Source: the human T2T-CHM13v2.0 reference genome, Homo sapiens. From it: a stretch of DNA of 64,000 bases. The stretch lies in NCBI RefSeq assembly GCF_009914755.1, contig NC_060940.1. The stretch is one strand, 5' to 3'. The translations under genes and the position numbers were made by a program. The notes beneath the pieces are model-generated. The model worked only from the letters and a program-made list of their open reading frames with translations, was not told the origin of the DNA and did no database searches. Shown here in pieces: positions 44,150 through 60,810 of this stretch; position 1 is the first letter of the stretch; each line of letters begins with the position of its first letter.

Positions 44150-46089
44150 TAACAGCTTTATTAAAATATAATTCATATACCAAACATGTCCTGTACATAT
44201 CCTGTATCACGTATAAGATTTTAAGTATTTCTCCCCATTTTGTGGGTTGTGTTTTTTCTTTCTTGACAGTGTCCTTTAAATCACAGTTTTGATTGAAGTC
44301 CATTTATCTGTTTTTTCTTTTGCTGCTTGTGCTATTGGTGTCATAACTAAGAAACCATTGCCCAATTCAAGCTGAGAAGATTTAGCCCTATAGTTTTTGA
44401 GTGTTTTTAAGTTTTAGTTTTTACATTTAGGTCTTTGATTCACTTTCTTTTTTTTATTTTTTTAATTATATATATTTTTCATTATACTGTAAGTTCTAGG
44501 GTATATACGCACAACGTGCAGGTTTGTTACATATGTATACATGTGCCATGTTGGTGTGCTGTACCCATTAACTCGTCATTTACATTAGGTATATCTACTA
44601 ATGCTATCCCTCCCCCTCTCCCTCCCCACCCCACAACAGGCCCCAGTGTGTGATGTCCCCTTCCTGTGTCCAAGTGTTCTCATTGTTCAATTCCCACCTA
44701 TGAGTGAGAACATGCAGTGTTTGGTGTTTTGTCCTTGTGATAGTTTGCTAAGAATGATGGTTTCCAGCTTCATCCATGTCCCTACAAAGGACATGAACTC
44801 ATCATTTTTTATGGCTGCATAGTACTCCATGGTATATATGTGCCACATTTTCTTAATCCAGTCTATCATTGTTGGACACTTGGGTTGGTTCCAAGTCTTT
44901 GCTATTGTGAGTAGTACCGCAATAAACTTACGTGTGCATGTGTCTTTATAGCAGCATGATTTATATTCCTTTGGGTATATACCCAGTAATGGGATGGCTG
45001 GGTCAAATGGTATTTCTAGTTCCAGATCCCTGAGGAATCGCCACACTGACTTCCACAATGGTTGAACTAGTTTCCAGTCCCACCAACAGTGTAAAAGTGT
45101 TCCTATTTCTCCACATCCTCTCCAGCACCTGTTGTTTCCTGACTTTTTAATGATCGCCATTCTAACTGGTGTGAGATGGTATCTCATTGTGGTTTTGATT
45201 TGCATTTCTCTGATGGCCAGTGATGATGAACATTTTTTCATGTGTCTTTTGGCTGCATAAATGTCTTCTTGGTTCACTTTCATAAATTTTTGTATGTGAT
45301 GTGAAGGGATCCAAATTCATCCTTTTGCATGTGGATATCCAGCTATCTCAGCAACATTTGTTTAGAAGACTATTTCCCCCTCCCCCAAACCCCCACCAGT
45401 GGAATGGTTTCATATCCCTTAGAAGAATCAATTGACTGTAAATGTGAAGATTTATTTCTGGACTCTCAATTTTATTCCATTGATCTATGTATCTATCCTT
45501 ATGCAAATATCATAGGATATTGATTACTATGATTTTGTAGCAAGTTGTAAAATCAGGAAGTGTGAGTCCTACAACATTGGTCTTTTTCAAGATTATTTTG
45601 GCTATTCAGGGTCACTTTCACCTTCATATGAATTTTAGAATCAGAGTGTCCATTTCTGAAGAGAAAGCAGCTGGGGTTTTGATAGGGATTGCACTGAATC
45701 CGGAAACAATTTGGAAAGTATTGCCATCTTAACAATATTGTTTTCTGATCCATGAACATGAGATGTCTTTCCCTTTATTTATTTAGTTTCTGCAACGTTT
45801 TATGGTTTTCAAAATATAAGTTTTGCACTTGTTTCTCTTCAGTTTATTCCTAAGTATTTTATTCTTTGACACTATTATACATGGATTTTTTCCTTAATTT
45901 TATTTTTTGATTGTTTATTATAAATACGTAGAAACTGAATTTATTTTTGTACATTGATCTCATTTCCTATCACCTTGCTGAGCTCATGTATTAGTCCTAA
46001 TAGTTTCTTAGTGGATTCCTTAAATGTGACATTATGTCATCTGTGAATAGATATAGTTTTACTTATTTCTTCACAATTTGAACACCCTT
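44150..46089 (-). mobile_element. Old L1MB-like element, 3' part (host of the L1PA 3' piece)
   Basis: 'aacagctttattaaaatataattcatatac' 3' end; ORF2-derived sequence continuous across the insertion at 44448-45270. Confidence 0.8.
44448..45270 (-). mobile_element. L1PA5-like element, 3' piece (3'UTR + ORF2 C-terminus)
   Basis: ORF 44687-45283 (..MFSLIGGN*); 3'UTR 'tttacattagg..acaggcccc..ccaagtgttct'; TSD gattcactttc/ggttcactttc. Confidence 0.95.
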
Positions 46090-46197
46090 TGTTATGGATT
46101 GAACATTTGTGGGCCCCTTCCTGATGCCCTCATTTAACTTTAGTTACTTCCTTACTGCAAATACAGCCACAGTAGGAGTTAGGGCTTCAACATATTT

Positions 46198-46199
<2 letters not shown>
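46090..46199. mobile_element. MST(C)-like LTR 5' fragment with internal inversion
   Basis: 46090-46111 is the LTR start in + orientation; 46111-46199 is the next ~88 bp of the same LTR type in - orientation. Confidence 0.65.
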
Positions 46200-51537
<5,338 letters not shown>

Positions 51538-51539
51538 AT

Positions 51540-53010
51540 ACTTTCTTATTTCTTTAACCATGGTTTCCTTTAGTTCTTTGACTATATTTAGCATGGCTAC
51601 TTTGAGGTGTTTCTGTTAAATTTGACATCTGGTTCCTTTTACTGACAGTTTCTGTTCACTGCTTTTTTCCTAGTTTATGCATCATATTTTTCTATTTCTT
51701 TGCATGTCTCATAATATGTTTTGAAAATGGGACATTTTAGATATATATTTTTTTGCAATTCTGGGTACTGGTGCCCCACTTTTGGGGATTGTTTTTGTTG
51801 TTTGCTTGTTCATTTTGCTAGTGAATGACTCAACTATTTTAGTGAAGTCCATTCCTCACCATCACCCCTGTAGTGTACAGGCTCTGAAGTTGTTCCTCAG
51901 GGAGCACAGCTTTGAGTATGTCCACAGTCACCTGGGAATGACAATGGTTTGGGAAAGGTTCTTTTTTACTATCTTTCTCTGTGATCATATTCAGAAGTTA
52001 GGCTTCATGATCATACCCAGAACTAATGGCCAGATTATTGTTCTACTATTTTCAACAATGCCCTGGGGCATAAATTGTTCTAGGGCATAATTGAATCCAC
52101 AATTAAATATGGGTCCCTTAGCATGGGTAGTTTTTGAGACCAGTGTTTGAAGTTTGAAATTGATCCAAAGAAAGTCTCCTTAACTGTCTCTTTCTTTAAT
52201 TCTCTGGTAAAGTAACTGGCCTAGTATTTAGCTTGTTGTGTTCACCTCCCAACCTCTGTAGATTTTGAGAGCAACACATTTAGGCTTGAACTTCTCCCCA
52301 ACTCCATTTCAAAGTCTGTTCCACTGGGGAGGCTTTGAAGCTCTTAAGTTCTGCCTCTCTCCCTGGGTAAAATCTCTGAGCCACTAACTCCAGAGTTAGG
52401 AGCAGGGTTAGTGGCCTGCTTCTCTCTGAATAACAGCTCTGCTTTCAGATCAGGACACTGAGTGAGGCCTGTAGCCTAGGGTCGTCTTGGCTTGACTTTC
52501 CTGGTGTGGAGCCTCCAACCTATGAATGAGTGGAGTCACAGTGATGGCGACCCGGTATTCTCAGCATACCATGCCTGACATAGAGCCTCCGCCCTGTGAG
52601 TCGGGGCTTGGTGGAATAAAGAAGCTCTCAAGCCTCTGCTGCACTCACCTGAAAGTTAGCTGCTGCAGCGTATAGCTGGGGAGGATAAGAAATGCCAGAG
52701 ATCTGCTCCTCCTGGGAAAACCTACCTTTCAACTTGAAGCTCTGGGAATAGGGAGTCCTGTGTTCTTGAATGCACCTGGCTTTAGTGAAGTTTTGATCAC
52801 GCTGAGCTGAAAGGGAAGGGAGGAACTGGGTCATGGTTCAAATGCCACAGATTCTCACTATTCTGACTGAATTTTACTAGGTATTCCTGAATAAATGTTT
52901 TTTATTTGCTATATGCACCTAGAAAAATTTTCAGACTTTAAAATGTTCCTTTTTTAAAAAATAAAGTCAGTTTATACTTGTTTTGCTGGAAAGCAGTTTC
53001 ACAGAGCTCA
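51540..53010 (-). mobile_element. Old L1M 5' region (probably the 5' end of the L1MB host element)
   Basis: 'tttctttgcatgtctcataat..gggacattttagatata..' followed by a GC-richer 5'UTR-like block. Confidence 0.6.
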
Positions 53011-53545
53011 TAGTGTTTTCATTTCAGAGGTAAAATTCCCCTAATTCACTTTTATAATCCAGTAACACCATAATGCATGAGCAAGCAAAGTCCATCAGAG
53101 AAAGTAAATTATAAACCAATCTTAATTTAAACTCCCAATAAGATGCTAACAAAATGAATTGCACATTTAGTTTTTTAAATAATAATCCTACTTGAACATA
53201 ATGCATTATGCTAGAATTCAAGGATGGTCTAATATCAGATCTATTCATCTTAAAAGATAAAAGCAAGCCACAGAATAATACATGCTGTATGGTTCCATTT
53301 TTATACGTTTAGAAAGAAATAAAATTATATGTGTTTTCACAAATATGTTATGTATGTAATAAGTGTAGTACAAGTAGAAAAATAGACTATACATATAAAA
53401 TTTCATCATAATGTTTACCTCTATGGAGGAAAGAAAGGAGAATGAAATAGTAGAAGTGGGTATAGGAGACTTCAACTTGATCCGACAAATGTTTGTTAAA
53501 ATGTAAAAAACATTTTTCTCTATATTTATATTTGTATGCTAAAAT

Positions 53546-53577
53546 GATAGATAGATGATAGAGATAGATAGATAGAC
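53546..53577. repeat. (GATA)n imperfect microsatellite
   Basis: gatagatagatgatagagatagatagatagac. Confidence 0.9.
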
Positions 53578-54140
53578 ACAAAATACACCAAAAGTGAGTG
53601 TAAGCATTTCAACATATTCTTATATAATAGAATCTAGTTATAGTATTCAAATATGAGGCATACATGATGAAAAATTTAGGAAGGATTTTTCTACCCTTCA
53701 TATAAAACAAACTAGAATTAAAATCTCTGTTCTGATTGTTCAGCCATATGATTTTGGGCAATATTTTCTGTTTCTGAACTTCAATTTCCACATATGCAAA
53801 AGAGGAATAAGAAAACCTATCTTCCAGACTTTTTTCTACATGTGTAGAAAATACTACTGATGAGTCCTACCCATTGGACAAAGTTAGAGCCCTAAATCAG
53901 ATGTACACCACAGCGCCTGTTGGAACTGGATTATCACCTCTGACATTTCAAACACTTCCTGGGATCATTTTCCCCTTGAACTATTTGCCTCCTAAGTGAG
54001 AGGTGTTTTGAACCACATGGTCTTGAGTTAAATTCCCAGCTCTGCAGCTTATCAGCTAAGGAAACTTGTACAATTCATTAAAACTTATTTGTGTCTCAGT
54101 TTCCTCATCCATAAAATGGAGTTAATAATCCCTACTTCAA

Positions 54141-54552
54141 TCAACAGATGAATAAAGAAAATGTGGTATGTACACTCAATGGAGTACTATTCAGCCACAA
54201 AAAAAGAATGAGATCCAGTCATTTGCAACAACATGGATAGAACTGGAGATTATTATGTTAAGTGAAATAAGCCAGGCACAGAAAGACAAACATTGCATGT
54301 TCTCACATATGTGTGGGATCTAAAAATCAAATCAATTGAACTCATGAGCATAGGAAGTAGATTGATGGTACTAGAGGCTGGGAAAGGTAGTGAGGGGTCT
54401 GGAGGGCAAGTAGGGATGGTTAACGGGTACAAAAAATTGGAAAGAATGAATAAGACCTGCTATTTAATAGCACAATAGAGCAACTATAGTCAATAACCAC
54501 TTCATTGTATATTTTTAAGTAACTTAAAGAATATAATTAAATTGTTAAAAAA
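54141..54552 (+). mobile_element. L1MA2-like 3' fragment inserted in a MIR (MIR ~54015-54140 and ~54555-54660)
   Basis: 'gagatccagtcatttgcaacaacatgg..gtgggatctaaaaatcaaa..gaaagaatgaataagacc'; MIR core resumes after 'aaccctacc'. Confidence 0.85.
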
Positions 54553-56546
54553 GAACCCTACCTTTATGAGTCATTCTGAGATTAGAGATAACATAGGCAA
54601 AATACTTAGCACATAGGAGGTACACAATACCTAAGAATCACTATTAATATTATCATGGTTATTGTTCCTATTACTATTAGTGGACAAGAGCATCTTCTTC
54701 ATACATATCAAAAAATCACTACTGACGTATATGTTCTATTCAGCACTATATCATCTCCATTAAAAGACCATTTATAAAATGTGCCCACAACATTGGTTAC
54801 CATCACATAGATACATACTGACTTTTCAAATAGACATGCAACATTAATCTCTCCTTAATGGATGTCTCCTTCTTCTAGCTTAGGTTCTACTCTAGATTGG
54901 TGAAGAATTTAATGTCCTATGGCCGGTGAATTCTAATAAACACATAGCTTTTACTAGGTCCAGCTGCCTAAACTCAGCTCCAAAAGAGGAACACTACCCA
55001 AGCCAGAGTTATTGATCTAAGAGAGATTTATTTCAGATTGTTTCACAAAACAGCAACAGGCCTTGGATCTAAACCTGTCTCAGTGTTGCTCCAATCACCC
55101 TCTGAATTATTGACAGGCCTAATTAACCCAGCAATTGCTTAGTGATAATTGCAATCTTTTCTTAAGCAACACATCTGATCCTCAAACCTAGATTTGCTGA
55201 GAAACCTAAAGAGGTAGGAAAATAGTCACATCTAAGCCAAAAACTCCCATCTACAGCAAGCATCCTGTCAATTAAACTCCTCTATCCCTCAGAAAGGACA
55301 CATGTCAATTTTAATAAGAATTAATCTTTTAATTTCAATTTTCCTTTTTGAATCTTGAGGCTAGAAATGTACCAGAAGCTGATGAATGAGTCACTCGGTA
55401 ACCACTGCTTTTGGGTCATGGAAAGCTTTTAAACACCCCCAGAAATGCACAGATAAATCTTTTGATGAAATACTTCCAATTCTTTAGAGACATTTTTAGC
55501 AAACACAAATGTTTATCCCAAAGTGCTTTCAGTGCTGTCAGCACAAGTTTGGCATGTTTATAATGCAGTTTGCATCAAGCTCAAGTCCAAAATCTGGGCA
55601 GTTTTCAGAGAAGGCACCCAGAAACCGTATTGTCTGCATTATTCACAACACTGGAAGATCAATAGCTGCACTTCACCAACGAAGCTCCAAAGCCCAGCGA
55701 GGAGTCATTTTTGACACAGTGAATTTAGCGATAATGATGTGTTCCTTTGCGGAACCCAAAGGGCGGTATTCTCAGGTTAACAAAGACGATAATGAAGTAG
55801 CAGCCTTCAGGCCAGAGAATACCACCTGGGAACCATTCTTCTTGGGAAGGAGCTGCGTGGAAACACAATATTCAAGAGCAGAAAAATCACAGTGAAGTTA
55901 CTGCATATACCAGGGTTGCAGTGAAGGAAAAGTGTTTATAACAGAGCATCAAGCCTCAGGAGGGGATCCACCAACCTCCTCCCCTTCTCATCTAGCAGCC
56001 CATCTGTAGCTTGCACACCCTGAAGTCCTGGGGGCTACTACAGTGCTGCCACAAAGAAAGCACAGCCTGCAGCATTCTTTTTTCCAAAGTGACGAGTTTA
56101 TCAGACATGACCAGGTAGATGGTGTACAAGCAGGCACTAGTGTAACCACTGGGTGTGTATACAGGTGGGCTGGGAAACTCAAACAAGGCTAGTCACAAGT
56201 AGATTGTTGTGTCCAGACTACAAGTTAAAACCTCCTGAGGGCAGATGGTACCACTTTAGCCACCCTTGAAAGTGATTCTTCAAGTAAGAAATTTAGAAAC
56301 AAAGGTGTTAGGTGAAAATAGCCTGGCCAAAATTATGGGTAAACCATTTAAGATTAGCTAACCCATTAACTTCAGCAAAGACATAACACTAGTATTAGCA
56401 ATAATAGAAACAAACCACCATTTCTTGATTGTCTACCATGTGCTGAACATCATACTAAGTATTTTATTTCATTGATCCTCCAATGGGACATGAAAGATGT
56501 ATAATACTTACACCCACTTTCATGATAAGAACTCAAGTCCTGTGAA

Positions 56547-56732
56547 CAATGGTTCTCAAAGTGAGGTCCCTGGACCAGCAACATTAACACCTGCAAACTT
56601 GTTAAAAACTTTAATTTTCAGGCCCAACACCAGACCTATTGAATCACAAACTCTGGTGCTGTGACCTAGCAATTTGTGCTTTAACAAGTCTTTTAGGCAA
56701 TTCTAATGGATGCTAAAGTTTGAGAACAGCTG
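56547..56732. mobile_element. MER5A
   Basis: TIRs caatggttctcaaa / tttgagaacagctg; internal 'caggcccaacaccagacctattgaatcacaaactctgg'. Confidence 0.88.
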
Positions 56733-56740
56733 TGCTGAGA

Positions 56741-56908
56741 CAAAGGTTCTCAGAATCTTGGATACACATTGAAATCTCCTAGATAGCGATTAAAACTACT
56801 AATAATTTGATCCTACTTCTAGATATTCTGATTTAATTAATCTGGGGTGCAACTAGGGTATCAGATCTTTAAAAGTATCCCAGGTGCAGCCCAGGATTGG
56901 AGCCACTG
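56741..56908. mobile_element. MER5A1
   Basis: 'caaaggttctca..attctgatttaattaatctggggtgc..tttaaaagtatcccaggtg..gagccactg'. Confidence 0.8.
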
Positions 56909-57009
56909 CCCTGGAAGCTAATTTTCCTAAGGTTCCCCGAGAATAACGGAAACAATGAAGCTAAGATTCAAAGGCAAGTCTGAGCCAATGTGCACTCTGC
57001 CCATGCACA

Positions 57010-57170
57010 CTTGCCGCTCAAAATGTGTCCAGGACCAGCAGCATGTGCATCAGCCAGGAACCCGCTAAAAATGTGGAATCTCAGCTCATACCTCAGATGT
57101 ATAGTAATGCAATCTACATGTTAACAAGATCCCTGGATGATAAGCATATGTAATAAAATTTGAGAGGCAG
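57010..57170. mobile_element. MER5B-like
   Basis: 'ctcaaaatgtgtccaggaccagcagcat..gaatctcag..ttaacaagatccctggatgat..aaatttgagagg'. Confidence 0.75.
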
Positions 57171-59134
57171 GACATTAGCATGGTAAATGCTAATTATACC
57201 ATGTAGTCATCAGTGTTGATTTGTTTAACTATCCTTGTCAGTATGGCAGATAGTATTTTAAGATATTGACTAAGACTTTCCCCCCAACCCAATTCCTTTC
57301 CCCCACTTCTTTATACCCATGACTCTTCTGATTCCATTTATTAACAGAAATAGCTGCTTGGTGGAGGCAGAAGGAGGCTTACACAGCCTGAAACAAAGAA
57401 GTAAACTGAACATTTTAACATATGTTTTAAATGTAGAGTAGAGGCAAAAAGAAAGAGAAACAAAAAGATAAAAAACAAATATCGAAAACCATCACTTTTC
57501 AACTACATAAGCTAGAAGACAAAATGTCTTTGAAATCCAGAACCAAGGCTGAAAGACCCCACTACAAAATTAATGCTATAAATGATAGATCGAGAAAGAA
57601 TGCAAGATGAGGAAACAGCCATTCACCACCCCAAAGACGTTAAGAATATGTCAAGCAGGAGAATGAGAAATAAACTGGGTTATATCCATACAATAAAACA
57701 CTCTATAGCAGTGAAAATGAATAATGGAGCCACAGATAGCTGCATGAATGAATTTCACAAGTATAATGTAGAGAGGAGAGAAAAGTAAATTGCAGAAGGA
57801 TATACGGTTAAAATTTTTAAACGTACCAAATAATACTTTACATTGTTTAGGAGTATATACATTTACAGTTAAAGAATAACCCAAACATGTGAAAATGATA
57901 AGCACTAAATTCTGAATAATGGTCACCTCTGAAAAAAAGGGAATATAATTGGATCAGGACATACAAGGAGCTTTCAAGAACTACTAATATTCTATCACTT
58001 AAGCTGGAAGGTAGTTACATGAATCATTGCTATAGTACTTTTGCTATATGTTTGTATGCAAAAATATTTAGTTGCTTGCTTGTTTGTTTCGTAAGAAGAG
58101 GGAAACAACTCTTTCTTCTCCCCGGGTTCTGGAATGGGGACAGAAACCCCCATGTTTAAGAGAAAACCACAACTACAGGCAGTCAAATTGTTGTGCTCCT
58201 AGAAGAGCCCTTTTCCACATTCTGAGAGCTTTATTAATTTCTGTCTATACAAAGTAAAATTAGGCCGATCAGATTGCACAGATGTGTATCAACACACAAC
58301 CACCAGGGGTGTGAAATTTGCAAAAGTTGGTAGGGTGCTTGAAAGAGTAAATTCTTACTTCCGCCTTCGAGATGTTTTATGAGTTGCTACATGGTCTATT
58401 AGTGCCTCAGACTGGGAAATGAAACAGAAATGATGTCAAAATGACTCTACCACTGAACCAATAACAAAATGCTTTTAAGTGTTTATTCGGTGTCAAACAC
58501 TGTTCTAATCTTATTGGATTAGAGCATGGATTAATGCTGTTAAGAACTCACAGTAATCCTATGAGATAGGCACTATTATTGCCCTAACTTATAGACATAG
58601 GAAGGCCATGTATTTGCTTAAAGTCACAAAGCTAACAAAAGTCATAGCCGAGATCCAAACCAGGTCACCTGTCTCCAGAGCTCACTCTTAACCACTTCAC
58701 AACAGTGCCTTCCAGAAATTATCAACATAGAGATCTTGGCTCAATAAAAGAAAGATCTTGCTAATAATTAAAAACTATCTCAAATGATAGAAAATACATT
58801 ACATGACTGAGAGCTCTATATATCTAGAAGAATTCAAACCTAGATTGAAAAGCAACCTCACTGGTTAGAAGGTCGTTTTAATTCCTTTAAACTAGAAGAG
58901 TGATCCCTGTATTAAGAGCATCACCTGTACCTTATTAGAGATGCAGACTCTAGGGCCCCACCCCAGATCTGGGGGAAGCAGAGCCTATAGTTTAACAACA
59001 TTCTCCAGAGGAGAAGCATTATTCTGAATTATCAGATTGTAAATTCCTGTCCCCATCCTACATAAGCCTCCTAAATCCAAATTGTTGGATTTCAAGATAT
59101 TTATACACATATATGTATATATATATGAAATGCT

Positions 59135-59563
59135 CAGACAGTGGATAAAACATTATTTCCAGGTGTGTCTGTAGGGTGTGTCTGGAAGAGATTGGCATTT
59201 GAGTCAGTAGACTAAGTAAAGAAGATCCACCCACGCCCTATGTGGATGGGCACCATTCAATCCATTGAAAGCTAGGATAGAACAAAAAGAAGGGAGAATT
59301 TTATCTCTCTTTCTCTTTAAGCTGGAACATCCATCTTCACTTGCCCTTGAATATTGGAGCTCCTGGTTGTCAGGCCTTTGGACTCAGACTGAATTACACC
59401 ACCAGCTTTCTTGGATCTCTAGCTTCTTGGCCTTCATAATTACGTGAGCCAATTGCCATAATAAAAATCTCTTCTTATAACTACCTATCTGTATATCTGG
59501 ATGTGTAGATATAGTTACAGATATCCTGTTTGTTCTGTTTCTCTGGAGAACCCTGACTAATAC
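59135..59563 (+). mobile_element. MLT2B-like (ERVL) LTR, 5' end missing
   Basis: 'aaacattatttccaggtgtgtctgt..gagattggcatttgagtcagtagactaagtaaagaagat..tctgtttctctggagaaccctgactaataca'. Confidence 0.9.
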
Positions 59564-60329
59564 AGAGCATATATATGCTTTCAAGTGCTTTGGATAAGCA
59601 GTCAGATTTGGAAGTCCATGGTTGGGTTGCCCCCTAAGAGGATCCCGCCATTCCTGAGACTGAGTGATTCTGGGTTGCCCCTTTTCATCTTCCATGGGGT
59701 CCCAGATCTGACCGGGTAAGAGAAAGATTTCCCCAGTAACACTGCACACAGAAAAGGCCCTGACAAGGGCTGCATGTCCTACTGCTTGCAGGGTCCCTGG
59801 ATCATAAAACCAAGACCTTTTCTTTATCAAACACCACAACTGACAAAGTAACACACATCCCTCAGATGCTCACTCTTCTGAGAAGAAAAGAAAATGAAGC
59901 CTTGATACAGTGAACTTGCTGTGACTTCTTCTGGATTTGGAAGCTGCCTCTTCTACCTGCTCCCTGAGCTGGAAAGATACCACCCACAAACCAAAGACAC
60001 AAAGGGACCTGCTGTGTCACCTTCAGAACATTCCCCAACTTAGGCTGAAGATAAGGGACTGGTTGTCTTTAGCCAGACTAGAGGGTCAGTCCAGATATTT
60101 TGCTCCATGACAGATTAGACCCTTGAGCTAGAACCTCCACCCCACTTTCAAGAAACAAATAATTCCAAAATTCTCTGTTCTTCTATATTTTTTTCCTCCC
60201 TACCCAGTTCTTTCCCCTCTTTCATACATTCTCTGTGCATCTGTTCACATCCTTTTATTTCAAAGCAGTAAGTAAATGCAATGGTACTAAATGCAAGTAG
60301 AAATTAAAAACAACCAGTTAATCATAAAA

Positions 60330-60500
60330 TTACTTGTTCATCTGGCTCCCCTGCTAGACTCTATGCTCCTTGAGGGCAAGGCCTGTGGCCACTCTGGTCA
60401 TCATTGCAGTCCAGTACAGAGTCAGAACATACTAGTTAACAAGTAAATATTTTTGAGTGTGTAAATAATGAAATGAACAAGTTAATGAATGGATGAACAA
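60330..60500 (+). mobile_element. L2 3' end
   Basis: 'ctagactctatgctccttgagggcaagg..taaatatttttgag..aatgaatggatgaa'. Confidence 0.75.
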
Positions 60501-60584
60501 CCCAAGTGAAATTAGAAAGATAAATCCCATTGGAAGAAGAACCACATGATAGTTCAAAAGTCAGGAATCATGGGGATAAAACAG

Positions 60585-60810
60585 GTCCAGATTCTAAAAC
60601 CAGACTGCCTGAGTTTGAATCTGGGCTCTTCCTCTTACCAACCATGTGTTCGGGGCAAGTTTCTTAAATTTGGGATAAAAATGGGATGATAATAGTACTT
60701 TCCTCAAAGGGCTGCTATGAGAATTAAATGAGATTTTATACATAAAGACTAAGAATGGTGCCGTATACATAGCATGTACTATATATGTGTTTACCGTGTC
60801 ATTTTATTAT
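60585..60810 (+). mobile_element. MIR
   Basis: 'ccagactgcctgagtttgaatctgggctc..taaaatgggatgataatagtact..gctgctatgagaattaaatgag'. Confidence 0.85.

Noticed and set aside
59384-59854. 156-aa minus-strand ORF
   Set aside because: The C-terminal part is antisense MLT2 LTR sequence; no protein similarity recognised.
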